This document shows, one piece after another, positions 1 to 12,581 of a DNA stretch of 64,000 nucleotides (positions within the stretch are counted from its first letter, which is position 1; every line of letters begins with the position of its first letter). This stretch comes from Octopus vulgaris (lineage: Eukaryota): contig OX597832.1 of NCBI GenBank assembly GCA_951406725.2, positions 3,968,001-4,032,000 on the forward strand. The letters run 5' to 3'. Under the pieces are notes generated by a model. It saw only the letters and a list, made by a program, of their open reading frames with translations, made no database searches and had not been told where the DNA came from. A program made the translations under genes and the position numbers.

Positions 1-1000
1 TTTATTTCTTAAACAATATCCAAGGTTAATTATATGTAGCATATAAAATGAAACTCCTTTGTCCCATGGTGTTTATTGAGTCAGTGGATTATTGCTGTGT
101 CTTATGAGTGGATCAAGGACGAGGAAGCTAGCAGGGATTGTTTTTATAAATTGTAATAGGGATGGGTACTGGTATTGCTGTGTAATTAAGATTTTCACTT
201 CATAGCTATGTTTCTTAGTTCATTCTCATTGCATGATATACTGAGTGTCTTCTCACAAAACTGCAGTTTGACTAATACATTATGAGTGGAATTTGGTACA
301 TGGAAACTGTATAGAAGCCCATCGTGTTTGTATATGCACACATTAGAGTGTGTATGTATGTGTGTGTCTTTTGCTTTCATATACTGGGGAAAGATGTAAA
401 CACTGGTAAGAAAAGCAAAAAGAAAAGAAAAGAAAAACTGAGGCTCTTCAAATGAAGTGTTTGAAATATTTACCCTGGGGGATAGAATGATGTGTTCAGT
501 ATGAATAAAGAAGGGAAATTACAAAACTACAGCTTTTAAATAAAACAAGATTATCTCTATTTCTGAATATTATACCACTGGATGTTAGGTATATTCTAAA
601 ATATGTTTTGTGGCAGTAGTTCTTCTTAATATTTTAATGTTCATAAACTCCAAAAGAAACACGGAAAAATGTCATTATATATTCATGATACTATACCTAA
701 TTATATTTTACAACTGTTTTGCCATGTTGGCAGCCATTGTGGTGGTGGTGGTGGTGGCGGCGGCGGCAGTGGCGTCAGTGGCATCATCATCGTCATCTCA
801 CTGTGTCCTGCCACTTGTCATTGCTCTTTGTCATCTGGTATCCATTGCAACAAAGAAAATCACTAATATTTTATGTTGTGTATGCCATTAAAACTTTTTT
901 TTAATTTTCTTGCATGGTTTCCGTCACCAAGCTCTTTTCAGCATGGATTTGGTGCAGTTTATTATAAAAATAATGAATGATAAATAAACTTATAAGTGTA

Positions 1001-1350
1001 AGCATGACTGTGTGTTTAAGAAGTTTGCTTTGCACCCATGTGGGTCCGGGTTCAGACCCTCTGCACAGCACCTTCGTCATGGGTCTTCTTTTATAATTCT
1101 GGGCTGACCAATGCCTTGCAAGTGAATTTGGTAGACAGATGCTGTATGAAAACTTGATGGATATGTGTGTTTATCCCACTGCTTGAGAACTTGTGTTGGT
1201 TTGTTAATGTCCCTGTAACTTAGCAGTTTGGCAAAGGGTCTGACAGAACAAGTACCAGACTTAAGAAATAAGTCAATTTGTCCAACCTAACGCTTCAAGG
1301 TGGTGCCCCAGAGCTACCACAGTCCATTGACTGAAGCCAATAAAGGAAGA
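1001..1350 (+). mobile_element. tRNA-derived SINE, family A (diverged copy)
   Basis: Colinear with the better copy at 47097-47495: A/B-box-like head, TTTGGTAGACAG block, CCCTGTAACTTAGC block, 3' GGTGGTGCCCCAG...GACTGAA. Confidence 0.75.
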
Positions 1351-1429
1351 TTGGATATAGCTATTCATTGATGGTCAAATCCCATTAAGACTGTCATTCT
1401 CAATTGATGCTGACTGGGCACTCAGCCAA

Positions 1430-1580
1430 TTTAATATTCATTTTTGCCAGCTGAATGGATTAAAGCAATGTCAAATAAAGTGCTTTGTTCAAACATGTAC
1501 TGCACACCCAGACCAAAAACCAACCCTATGACCTTATAATCATGAGCCCACTTACCTAACCATTAAGCCATACACCTTCT
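1430..1580 (-). mobile_element. tRNA-headed SINE, family C fragment
   Basis: Similar to 51075-51210 (TTTTTGCCAGCTGA...AAATAAAGTG...CTAACCA). Confidence 0.55.
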
Positions 1581-1627
1581 CAAATATAGCCTGAGAGAAA
1601 ATATTTTTAATGAGATAGATGCAGGTA

Positions 1628-1800
1628 AGGTAGCGAGCTGGCAGAATCGTTGGCATGCTGGGCAAAACTCTTAGTGGCATTTCATCCATCCTAATGTTCT
1701 AAGTTCAAATTCCACTGAAGTCAACTTTGCCTTTCGTCCTTTTGGGATCGATCAATATAAGTATCAGCTGAGTACTGGGATCAATGTAATTGACTTACCT
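1628..1800 (+). mobile_element. SINE family B
   Basis: GCGAGCTGGCAGAATCGTT...GTTCAAATTCC...CTTTGCCTTTC...CTGGGATCAATGTAATTGACT; same as 8050, 15062 and 38620. Confidence 0.75.
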
Positions 1801-1827
1801 GGTCACCAAAATTTGAAATCAGTATGA

Positions 1828-2033
1828 TAGATTCAGGTATGACTTATATATAGGTATAGGAATGGTTCATAGGTGCAGGTGTGGGTGTATAGTTAAGAAG
1901 TTTGTTTCCAATCAAATGAGTTTAGGTTCAGTCTCACTATGTGGCACCTTAGGCAAAGGTCTTTGCTAAAGCCCTGGATCAACCAATGCATTGTAAGTAG
2001 ATTTGGTTGACAGAAACTAAAAGAAATTCATCA

Positions 2034-2040
<7 letters not shown>
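1828..2040 (+). mobile_element. SINE family A 5' part with a tandemly reiterated ~18-bp head
   Basis: Degenerate AGGTGCAGGTRTGRCT units precede the A box; GGTTCAGTCTCAC B box; CACCTTAGGCAA block. Confidence 0.6.
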
Positions 2041-2068
<28 letters not shown>

Positions 2069-2069
<1 letters not shown>

Positions 2070-2273
2070 ATCATCATCATCATCGTTTAACATCCACTTT
2101 CCATGTTAGCATGGGTTGGACGATTTTGACTGAGGGCTGACGAACCAGATGGCTGCACCAGGCTCCAATCTTGATCTGGAAGAGTTTCTACAGCTGGATG
2201 CCCTTCCTATATATATACATATATACATATATATATTTATACATATATATATTTATACATATATATACATATA

Positions 2274-2326
<53 letters not shown>

Positions 2327-2520
2327 ATGTATGTATATATAATCATCCTCATAGTCATCATCAACCATGCTGGTATGGGTTGGACGACTTGACAGGAACT
2401 GGCAAGTTCAGGGGCCACACCAGGATTCCATAGTCTGTTTTTGTTTAGTTTCTACAGCTGGATTCCCTTCCTAATGCCAACCACTTCATAAAGTGTGCTG
2501 GGTGGTTTCTACATGACACC
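2069..2520 (-). mobile_element. Two RTE-type 3' ends with (GAT)n tails, separated by (TA)n
   Basis: (CAT)n-CGTTTAACATCCACTTTCCATGTTAGCATGGGTTGGACG...CAGCTGGATGCCCTTCCT, also found at 39911, 42735, 45599 and 49923. Confidence 0.7.
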
Positions 2521-2647
2521 AGCATATATATATATATGTATCTATGTATGTATATGTATGTATGTGTGTGTGTGGGTGGGTGGGGGGGTCGTTAGTGTCT
2601 CCTTGTCTTGGTATCATGTGATAGTTGCAAATGAGCATCACCACCAT

Positions 2648-2842
2648 ATTCTTTCATTCTTTTATTTGTTTCAGTCATTTGACTGCAGCCATGCTGGAGC
2701 ACTGCCTTTAGTTGAACAGATCGACCCCAGGACTTATTCTATCAGTTTCTTTTGCCGAACCACTATGTTACAGGGACGTATACATACCAACATTGGTTGT
2801 CAAGTGGATGGGGGAAAAACACAGACACACAAACATGTACAT

Positions 2843-2902
<60 letters not shown>

Positions 2903-3065
2903 GACAGACTTTTTTCAGTTTCCGTCTACCAAATCCACTCACAAGTCTTTGGTTGGCCTGAGGCTATAGTAGAAGACACTTGCCCAAGGTACCACACAAT
3001 GGGACTGAATCCGAGACCATGTGGTTGGTAAACTAGCTACTTACCTCACAGCCACTCCTGCACCT
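2648..3065 (-). mobile_element. SINE family A, full length, nested in another RTE-tailed repeat (2590-2647 plus 3066-3200)
   Basis: Reverse complement matches 47097-47495 end to end; internal (CA/TA)n tract at 2838-2901. Confidence 0.85.
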
Positions 3066-3202
3066 ATAAGCAATATCGTTCATTTCCAACCTTCTATGAA
3101 AACATGTCTGGCCATGGGAAAACAGTTGAGGGTTGGTGACAGCAAGGGTATCCAGTTATAGAAAATCTGCCCCAATAAATTCAATACATCCCATGTGAGC
3201 AT

Positions 3203-3499
3203 GTAACCTCCTCTAATATCGCACCATTTATACTCACATCCATCCTGCCAGCTATTTCATCTCTCGATCATCTCATCACCTTACTTTTAGCTACATTCAC
3301 TTTCAGTTTCCTCCTCTCACACACTCTTCCAAACTCTACCACCAGTCTCCTCAGTTCCTCTTCTGAATTTGCCACCAGTGCTGTATCATCAGCAAAAAAC
3401 AACTAAATCACCTGCCATTTCTCTCCATTTTCCCCCACCATTTGGGCTCCCCTACCAAAGGTTCTAGCATTTACCTCTCTCACTACACCATCCATATAT
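3203..3499 (-). pseudogene. RTE-clade LINE reverse transcriptase fragment
   Basis: Manual translation: YMDGVVREVNARTFGRGAQMVGENGEKWQVI*LFFADDTALVANSEEELRRLVVEFGRVCERRKLKVNVAKSKVMR*SRDE...; FADD catalytic motif and two stops. Confidence 0.85.
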
Positions 3500-3596
3500 A
3501 TATATATATGATGTTGTAGGTATTTAATATTACTTCATTTATCTGATAGACATCAGTGTAACTTGTATATTCATGTACTGTCTTTAGGGTGTCATG

Positions 3597-3651
3597 CCTC
3601 TAGTTGAAGAACCTATTCTATGATCATGAAACACTTTAGTCCTAGTAGAGG
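3597..3651 (+). ncRNA. Degenerate type-I hammerhead-like motif in a ~230-bp insert between (TA)n tracts
   Basis: CCTCTAG-TTGAAGA-[17 nt, weak stem II]-GAAAC-ACTTTA-GTC-CTAG; stem I CTAG/CTAG, C3 changed to T. Confidence 0.4.
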
Positions 3652-3757
3652 AATACATCTGATATAATGTATGATTCATTCAGACTTAAATATGATCCAA
3701 GGGAAAACAGACTGAATGCAAGTGAGCTTCAAAAGTAATATATATATATATATATAT

Positions 3758-3900
3758 AGGGAGAGTTTACAAAAGAAACAAAAGACGACGACAGGTGGTG
3801 TACAAAACAAACAGATGTATTAGTATAACGCTCAGAAATAGAAAAAGTCTTTTATGTTTCGAGCCTATGCTCTTCTAGAGAAAGGGACACAGAAAAAACA
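3758..3900 (-). mobile_element. Short (TA)n-associated element with hammerhead-like fold (family H2)
   Basis: Minus strand 3884-3849: CTTT-CTCTAGA-A-GAGC-ATAG-GCTC-GAAA-CA-TA-AAAG. Relatives at 5325-5470, 20527-20660, 13680-13712, 47575-47607 and 55820-55985. Confidence 0.6.
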
Positions 3901-3980
3901 AGGAGAGAAAAAAAAGGAGAGAAAAAAAGGAGAGGAAAAAAAGGAGAGAAAAAAGGAAAGAAAAAATATATATATATAAA

Positions 3981-4020
<40 letters not shown>

Positions 4021-4021
<1 letters not shown>

Positions 4022-4260
4022 TGAGAAGAAGTCCCATGAAGCTGAGCAAAATCGCAGTTATGGCAGATATCAGTGTCATGCAAATGGCACCCATGCCAGT
4101 GGCACATAAAAGCACCCGCTACACTCCCGGTGTAGTTGACATTAAGAAGGCCATCCAGCCATGCCAAATCAGACTAGAGTCTGGTGCAACCTTCCAACTT
4201 GCCAGCTCCAGTCAAACCGTCCAACCTATGCCAAGATGGACAACCGATGATGATGAGGAT
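4021..4260 (+). mobile_element. RTE-type 3' end with (GAT)n tail
   Basis: GTGGCACATAAAAGCACCC...CATCCAGCC...CCGTCCAACCTATGCCAAGATGG...GATGATGAT. Confidence 0.65.
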
Positions 4261-4831
4261 AATGAGGATGATAATGAGATAGTTTTGTTCTTTGTTTATA
4301 ACTGGAGTTACAAATATATTTAGTAAACAGAATATTCCAATTTTTTAGTGAAACATCATAGCTATTGAATTGGCCACAATTTCTAAGCTTCTTCCTCATC
4401 ATCAAGTCATGTCTGACACTGTAACTATAAACTGAAATCACACCTGATAGCTACCTGAAAATACTACTTAGCATACTAGTAAGCTACTTTACATATTGAT
4501 GTGAATTTGCCAACTGTTATAAATTTTCCATGCATTATCTCAGCACTGGAAATTAAAACATTCAGCACACCAAAGTTTAGTGTATGTTTAAAAGCATATC
4601 AAAAAACTAATGATGTAGTTTTGAAAATTGTGTAATATAGGACACATTGTTGGTGTGTTTACGTCCCTGTAACTTAGCGGTTCAGCAAAAGAGACCAATA
4701 GAATAAGCACTAGGCTTACCAAGAATAAATCCTGGGGCCAATTTGTTCGACTAAAGGGTGGTGCTTCAGCATGGCCGCAGTCAAATGACTGAAATAAGTA
4801 AAAGATTAAAAGAATAAAAGAAATATATATG

Positions 4832-5312
4832 TATTCGGTTGTGTCTGGGGAAAGTCATTTTCTTTTTGTGCCTTATAATTTAACACACTTACCAGTAAAA
4901 TTTCCACTCATTCCTTATTTTTATTTTCCTAAAATTTTCGTTGCATCTTCCAACATTTTCAATAGTCTTGGGTCAAGGCTATATATATAAAGTAAAGACT
5001 ATTTGCCATCATAATGTGGCTTGCTTCCCAACCACATGGTTCTGGGATCAGTCCCACTGCGTGGAACCTTGGGCAAGTGTCTTCTATTATAACCTCAGGC
5101 TGACCAATAATCTTGACTCAAGACTATTGAAAAAGTTGCAAGACGCAACGAAAATTTTAGGAAAATAAAAATAAGGAATAAGTGGAAATTTTACTGGTAA
5201 GTGTGTTAAATTATAAGGCACAAAAAGAAAATGACTCTTCCCAGATACAATAGAATATGCTTCAACACACGAACTCACATAAAGAATCTTGCAAACCAAA
5301 TCCCAAATGAAA
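4832..5312. mobile_element. Palindromic (fold-back) element with ~145-bp inverted arms and a SINE-A fragment in the centre
   Basis: 4832-4977 is the reverse complement of ~5112-5257; flanked by TA runs; internally deleted relative at 37935-38072. Confidence 0.8.
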
Positions 5313-5473
5313 TATATATATATAGTTGGAATTTACAAAAAAAAAAACAAAAGACGAAGACAGGTGTGTAAAAAACAAACAGGTGTATTAGTTTAACACT
5401 TGGGAAGGTGAGAAAGTGTTTTATGTTTCAAGCCTACACTCTTTAACATAAAGGAACATGAGAAAAATAAACA

Positions 5474-5770
5474 GAGGCTGACCAAAGCCTTGTGAGTGGA
5501 TTTGGTAGAAAGAAACCCATCTTATATATGTATATATCTATGTGTGTATGTGTCCCTGTGTCCATGTTTGTCCCCCACCACCACTTCACAACTGGTGTTG
5601 GTATGTTTGTGTCCCTGTAACCTAGCAGTTCAGGAAAAGAGACTGACAGAATAAGAACTAGGCTTGAAAAGATAAGTCCTATGGATGATTTATTCAACTA
5701 AAAACCTTTCAAGGTGGTGCCCCAACATGGTTGCAATCAAACGACTGAAACAAGTAGAAGATAAAAGATA
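5474..5770 (+). mobile_element. SINE family A, 5'-truncated
   Basis: GACCAAAGCCTTGTGAGTGGATTTGGTAGA...GGTGGTGCCCAACATGG...GACTGAAACAAGTA. Confidence 0.8.
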
Positions 5771-5896
5771 CAGATACCTTACATTTTAGCTTTTATTTCT
5801 TTGTATGTTGGTGATTTGTAACACCCTAGTCACATTTAGTGACAATTATAATTCTCCTTTTTTGGTGAAACATTGCAACCTGCTGTTTAGATTATA

Positions 5897-5928
<32 letters not shown>

Positions 5929-6441
5929 CATGTATGTATGTATGTATGAATGAATGTATTAAGATGGTTGATGTACATTAGTTTATGAGAGAGATTCTGT
6001 TGAATTAATTAAAACAGCTGCTAGATTTATCTACAGTTTACCACAAAAAAAAATTCTTGTAATTAAAAAGAATTACTGAAAAAATGTGAATATTTCTATG
6101 TTCTCTAAATAAGCTGCACTATTTCACTGAACTTGAATAAGAAACTGATGCTTTTTGTCTAGAGGGTATCTCTGAAAAGTTCACCTCAGTGATTTAGTTT
6201 TTAAAATTTTTTTATTCTTTTAATGCACTACTCTATTAATCTACTGAATAAAAATGGAAAAAAATTTATATGAATATGGAGTCAAAGTAGGTCAGGAGAA
6301 TTATTTTGTACTCTAGGTAATCAGACAACTAACTTAAGTATTGTTCATTCATTAAGTTTATGTTAACATTTGTAATATAGTAGATATAAAAAATTCTAAT
6401 AAGAAATAATTAGTTGATAAGAAAAAGGCAACATTTGCATA

Positions 6442-6983
6442 TATGAGGGTGTGTTGAAAGTTCATAGGCTGACTATGAAGGAGTGACGCTAGAGCTGTGA
6501 AATCTTGCATGCATTATTTTCAGCTCTTCTTATTAATAACTGCATTGTTTTTTTTCAGGTAAACTTACAACTGACTGTTCACAGAAGACATGAAAAATAA
6601 CTAGTTGTGACTTCTCTTGAGAATTGACATAATTTGGCATTTTGGTGCTATTTAGTACTTGTAGAAAAATGGTTTAGCACCCAGTGACATTCATGCTGGT
6701 ATGGTTGCTATGTTAGCAATGCCAGCTTTATCAATGGTGCAAAAGTGGGCAGCTGAATTTAGGAGGGGAATGGGGAGTCTTGAAGAATACCTAAGTTCTG
6801 AACATGCTGTAACTGCCACCACCAAAGGAAACATCGATTGTGTTTGCCACATGGTGATGGATAACAGGCAATTGAGTATAAATCAAATAGCCAATACTAT
6901 TAGCATATCCTGAGAGAGAGTTGAGAATATTCTGCACAATGAACTTAGCATGATGAAGGTTTCTGCTTGGTAGGTACCACATC
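6442..6983 (+). pseudogene. mariner transposon 5' fragment (TIR start plus HTH region of transposase)
   Basis: TA-TGAGGG terminus; ...ALSMVQKWAAEFRRG.GSLEE...ATTKGNIDCVCHMVMDNRQLSINQIANTISIS*ERVENILHNELSMMKVSAW*VPHL, a decayed WVP motif. Confidence 0.85.
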
Positions 6984-6994
6984 TGAGAGCTGAT

Positions 6995-7375
6995 AAAAGC
7001 ATACCACATGGTTCCGGGTTCAGTCCCACTGCATGGCATCTTGGGCAAGTGTCTTTTACTATAGCCTTGGGCCGACCAAAGCCTTGTGAGTGGATTTGGT
7101 AGACAGAAACTGAAAGAAGCCTGTCGTATATATGTATATATATATATGTATGTGTGTGTATATGTTTGTGTGTCTGTGTTTATCCCCCCAACATCGCTTG
7201 ACAATCGATGCTGGTGTGTTTATGTCCCTGTAACTTTGCGGTTCGGCAAAAGAGACCGATAGAATAAGTACTAGGCTTACAAAGAATAAGTCCTGGGGTC
7301 GATATGCTCGACTAAATGCAGTGCTCCAGCATGGCCACAGTCAAATTACTGAAACAAGTAAAAGAGTAAAGAGTA
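6995..7375 (+). mobile_element. SINE family A
   Basis: CCACATGGTTCCGGGTTCAGTCCCACTG...CTGAAACAAGTAAAAGAGT; truncates the mariner fragment. Confidence 0.85.
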
Positions 7376-7399
7376 TATTAATGAGATGACTTTTAATGT

Positions 7400-7820
7400 C
7401 ATGTAAAAAGGACTTGTACCATGTACAATGCACTTCATACCAGTGCCATGTATAAAGCACTCATGCCAGTGCCACATATAAAGCACCCATGCTGGCGCTA
7501 CTTACACAACATTCATGCCACTTCCACATATAAAGCACCTCTGACAGTGTCACATCAAAAGCACCTGGTACACTCTGTAAAATGGTTAATGTTTGAAAGG
7601 GCATCCAGCCACAAAAACAATGCCAAAACAGACAATTTGCCAGCTCCTGTCAAACTGTCCAACTCATGCCAGCATGGAAAATGGACATTAAATGATGCTG
7701 GTGGTGGTGGTGGTGGTGGTGGTGGTAATGATGATGATGATGATGATGATGACGATGACAAGGATGATGACGACAACAAAGATTATGGTGGTGATGATGA
7801 CAATGATGACGATGATGATG
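7400..7820 (+). mobile_element. RTE-tailed element with a ~26-bp minisatellite and an expanded (GGT)n/(GAT)n tail
   Basis: Repeated GTGCCACATATAAAGCACCCATGC-type units, then AAGGGCATCCAGCC...CAGCATGGAAAATGGACATTAAATGAT. Confidence 0.65.
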
Positions 7821-8049
7821 TATTTGATAAAGAAATATTTCACTGCCAAATTCAGCATCTTTTATTCAGAACTTTTAGTTTAACATTGTTGTAACTCAGC
7901 AAAGTTTGTTAAAACTGTGGCAGTTCAGCGAACTGGTTGTTAACAATTTTGAGAGCTTACCAGCACTTATTGGTGTAACAATGCTGATGTGTATGTCTAG
8001 GTTTCAAATGGAATATATCCAATGGTACATATAAGTGCATCATTAGTGA

Positions 8050-8500
8050 GCAAAGTTAACTAGCAGAATCGTTAGTACACTGGGTGAAATGCTTAGCGGT
8101 ATTTCATCTGCCGTTACATTCTGAGTTCAAATTCCGCCAAGGTCAATTTTGCCTTTCATCCTTTCGGGGTTGATTAATTAAGTACCCGTGAAACACTGGG
8201 GTCGATGTAATCAACTTAATCCTTTTGTCTGTCCTTGTTTGTCCCCTCTATGTTTAGCCCCTTGTGGGCAATAAAGAAATAAGAAACATTAGCACGCTGG
8301 GCGAAATGCTTAGCGGTATTTCATCTGCCGTTACATTCTGAGTTCAAATTCCACTGCGGTCGACTTTGCCTTTCATCCTTTCGGGGTCAATAAATTAAGT
8401 ACCAGTTATGCACTGAGGTAGATGTAATTGACTTAATCCTTTTGTCTGTTCTTGTTTGTCCCCTCTATGTTTAGCCCCCTGTGGGCAATAAAGAAATAAA
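8050..8500 (+). mobile_element. SINE family B tandem dimer
   Basis: Two ~220-bp direct copies (8050-8283 and 8284-8500), each ending GTGGGCAATAAAGAAATAA. Confidence 0.9.
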
Positions 8501-10705
8501 TTAGCAAGTAAAATTAACTGTTTTGCCTGGGCATTTTTCTATTTTGCTTCTCCTCAAAATAAAAAATTGAATTCTGGAGAACTGAGAAATAAACTATAGA
8601 TTTTTTTTATAGTTCATTGACTTTTTTGTGTTTGATAAGGTTTATTTAGAGACTAATGATCACTAGAATTCCATAGGAAGTGAACCTTTTGTTGTACCAG
8701 AATTTCACAGCAGTTATCTGGATTCTAATAAATTTTGTTCTAAAAATCTCTTATTTCAAAGAAGATCAAGCATTTCTGGAAGCCTTTTAAAACGCCACCT
8801 TTATAATCTCAGCTGGCTGCTACATAAAATATTCTTGATAAAATCATTTTGTTTCAAGAGATAGCTTTTTAGTTGAACGTTTTCTATAACATGCTTTTAT
8901 TAAAATAAATAGAACAGCCATTGATTTAACTGCAATTTAGCTATTACTACATATATTTTACCTCACACTTTACACTACCATGAATCTTTAAGAGTATTTA
9001 CTTCCTCGGTAATCTATTTCTGCAGATATTTAATTTCTTTTTAAAAGCAAAACTATAATATGATATAATTAACATGTAGCATTTCTTTACACCCTCTCTT
9101 ACATAGATTACCTCTTGGGGTGGCAACTAGACTTTCATGTTTACTAAATCTGTTCATTTTATTATTTCTTTTTTTCCAAAAAAATTTAACAATGTGAAAA
9201 ATAAAACACATACTGAGCTATAGAACTAGCATTGCACAGGAAATTGCAAAATTGATTTTCAACACATTTCTAATGCAGTAAAAGATTCCAAATTGTATTT
9301 TTCTTATGTTATAGTTATTTTTCTATCTATTCTTCCAGATTATTCATTGCCACCTAATAGTTATGGATTTAATCCAAAAGTATGTGAACAGCCAAAAAAA
9401 AGCATTTTTTTGTAATACTTTGTTATGCATATACTCCATATTTTCCTTTGTATGTCTAAACTGCATGATTTTATAGAATTTGGTAAAATCCCATTTTCAC
9501 AAGAAATTGATTAAATATGTTCAAAAATATTTCAAGGAAATCTGAATAGTCTGTGAAGAATAGGGCATAGATAAATGAGACATTCTAAATTATTATTTCT
9601 AATAGAGGTGGAAACAATTGTTTGGTCACATAAAAAGACTGAATGGCATGAATTGGTTTCAATTAGGAGAAATCTGAAGGTTGTATTTAGAAAAGGCAGA
9701 GTCTCATGCTAGCTGAAAAAGTTGAAGTAAGAGGCAATGTGGAGTTAAAGACATTCAGAAACTGAAAACGTAATTGTCACAATTCATGATGATGACAATA
9801 GAAATAGTGGTGGTGGTGGTGGTGGTGGTGGTGGGGTGATTTTTGTAATAATTCTGATAGTCATCACCACCACCCATATCAGCATCATTGTCGTTGTTGT
9901 CATTGTTGTCATCATCATCATCATCATCATCATGATTGTCTTCAAATTCTGTTCACTGCATAAATCAATCATTTCATTTTGCATGTGTTGATTCCTTATC
10001 AAGTGCCATAGAAAGGATACATCAAATTTTGCAACTAAGATTATATTATTGAATTTATTTCAATTATTTTATTTGTCATGTAATTCTTTAAGATCTCTAT
10101 GACACTCCACATGTAGTATCTACCTTAGATTACACTAGGATTAAGGGTAGAGTAGAGCTGTAGCATTTGCTGCTGTAACCTGATTTTTATATTCCTTTTG
10201 TGAGAGAAATTTCAAGTTTCACAATGCCATTATTGCCAATTTCTTTATCAGACTTCTAAGTCGTATATCAAAAATATTGTGTAATCATCTTTACATATTC
10301 AGAAATGACAGGTTACATAATTCTGTCTTCTGTCAGTCTATGAATGAAAATGTGAATAGAAAAGATATTGACTGTACAGCCTGTGAAGAAAAGTGATTTA
10401 GAATACATAACCTGTGAAGGGAAACGATAGAAACCTGTTAGTGAACAAGATATGTAGTGAAAGGTTTGCTGAATTTACAGTAAACAAATAATTATAGTGA
10501 ATTTAGTGTTTTTGCAAAACAGGTAGAATGTCATAAATCTGTAGAAATTGATAACTTCTGTAACTGAGATATCAGTTTAATGTATCAACAAGAAACATTC
10601 ATTGTTATAATTTCTAAATATCCCATCCTAACTTTTACTTCATACTTAATTTCTTCAATTTATTTTTAACTGTTTGTAAATGTTTTCTCTGTTGGCAAAT
10701 ATTAA

Positions 10706-11090
10706 ACCACTAGTTTACATTTGGGGCCCATATGACCTCTGATGAACCATATAAGTTTTGGGGGACCTACACAAGATAATAGACTGGGGATCCACAGTAA
10801 TATTTTAAGTGTCCAATGAAAAAAATGTTGCTTTAAATCTATTTATTGCAAGAAACAACTAGACTTCTTTCTCTAGCACTTATCATAGTGTTACTTAAAC
10901 ATTTTCTCTCAGAAAATGCTATTGCAAACCAACACAAGTGAATGTGTGAAAAAGTAAACTAGGAATTTTGAAAACTGTAAAACTGGATTTTAAACATAGA
11001 ATGGTTTGTGGGGAGAGGTGGCGGGGTCTACCAGAATAAAACAGTAATCAAAATGATCCATAGGTAAGAAAACTGGTTTGAGACCCACTA
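10706..11090. mobile_element. Decayed hAT/Charlie-like MITE
   Basis: Termini resemble CAGTGGTTCTCAA...TTGAGAACCACTG (CACTAGTTTAC / TTTGAGACCCACTA); internal GGGGTCCA-like subterminal motifs. Confidence 0.45.
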
Positions 11091-11948
11091 AATTAGGCAA
11101 TCAGTTATTTCTAGTATGGCCATTTCATGTTGGGTATTCTGCCTTAAAGTACTCTTTTATTAGACGAAAGAAGAGGTTTATTTTGAGCAAAGGTATCTGA
11201 AATGGGAGTATATGCTGATTCTACTTGTCTTGAATTTTTGGCAAAGATGAGCTTCCTAAATTGTTGGTTTTGACTAGTACTGTTAAAGAATTGTGAATAA
11301 ATTTTCCCTCTGTCAATCACTTAACCTGAAAAAAACAACAAATACAAAAAAAATTGACTTTGTGGTATCATTCTAAACTAATTTCCTTATTGCTTACTTG
11401 GCTATAAAGTGCAAGAAAGTTTAAAAGGCTTCAGTTAGATTTCCAACAGAATAATGTAATGCATACAAATAGTAATAAACATTTTAATAAAATAAATTAT
11501 GTATTTTATGAAATAACCATATGTTCAAATCATACTGTTCTATGTTTATAAACAACCTTGAAATATGAATTAGTTATAATGTAAAAGTGGATCATAAACA
11601 TACTCTAAATATATATTTTATTGATCTTCAAGCACAATATGTTTCTCATTTGGAAATATATTTTCCCATTTGTTTCCAAGGTAGCATGGTTTGAAGGCTT
11701 CTTAAAATTCAGTATATGACATGAATTGTTTAGTAAGTCAGAAATGAAATACTTTTTCATAATTGCAACCAGTTGACTATAAAATATAGGTACATTATGT
11801 ACATTATTTACATTTAATGCATATTTGTCCTCATCTTGTTTGTTGTTAACACAATGTTTCGGCTGATATATCCTCCAGCCTTCATTAGGTGTCTTGGGGA
11901 AATTTCGAACCTGGGTTCTCATTCCTAAGGTATTTTTCAATGTTGTTG

Positions 11949-11992
<44 letters not shown>

Positions 11993-12581
11993 GAGTGAGA
12001 GAGCAGTTCATGCCATCAAAGTGACACTGGGGTAAAATATATGAAGCCCAATATACCCATCATGACTACCCGTCTGATAAGGGTACACCAGGCACATGCA
12101 TCACAACCATATGTGTGCGACATGGTGATCTCATATCAAGATAAACGGCACATGACCTTGCAGGTGGGGCCCAGTTAGAAATTTCTTCAGGTTGAGTAGC
12201 CCATCCTGCTCAAAAGGTCCCTGAATAAGGGTTGTTTAAGGATGTTGAAAGAACCACCCATGTTTCCAGAGGTGAATTATTCAAACACCAAAGAATCCCT
12301 CTCAACACATGGCTATGATGCTCCTCCACTACTTCTGCTCATGATCAGAGATGCACATATCGTCAGCCACTAAGGGACATGCTCAACTGGTTAAGGTCAA
12401 ACAACTGACAAGCAAATCTGTGGTATTGAGCAGAATATTTGCTGTAGTCCATCTTTTATACCAAGACAAAACAATGTACATGATAACACTTCCAATCAGT
12501 TAAGATCAGAAGCCATGAGAGCCACTGCCTGGTACTGCATCAGGGCATTTACTGCATCAGGGCATGGTACTGCATCAGGGC

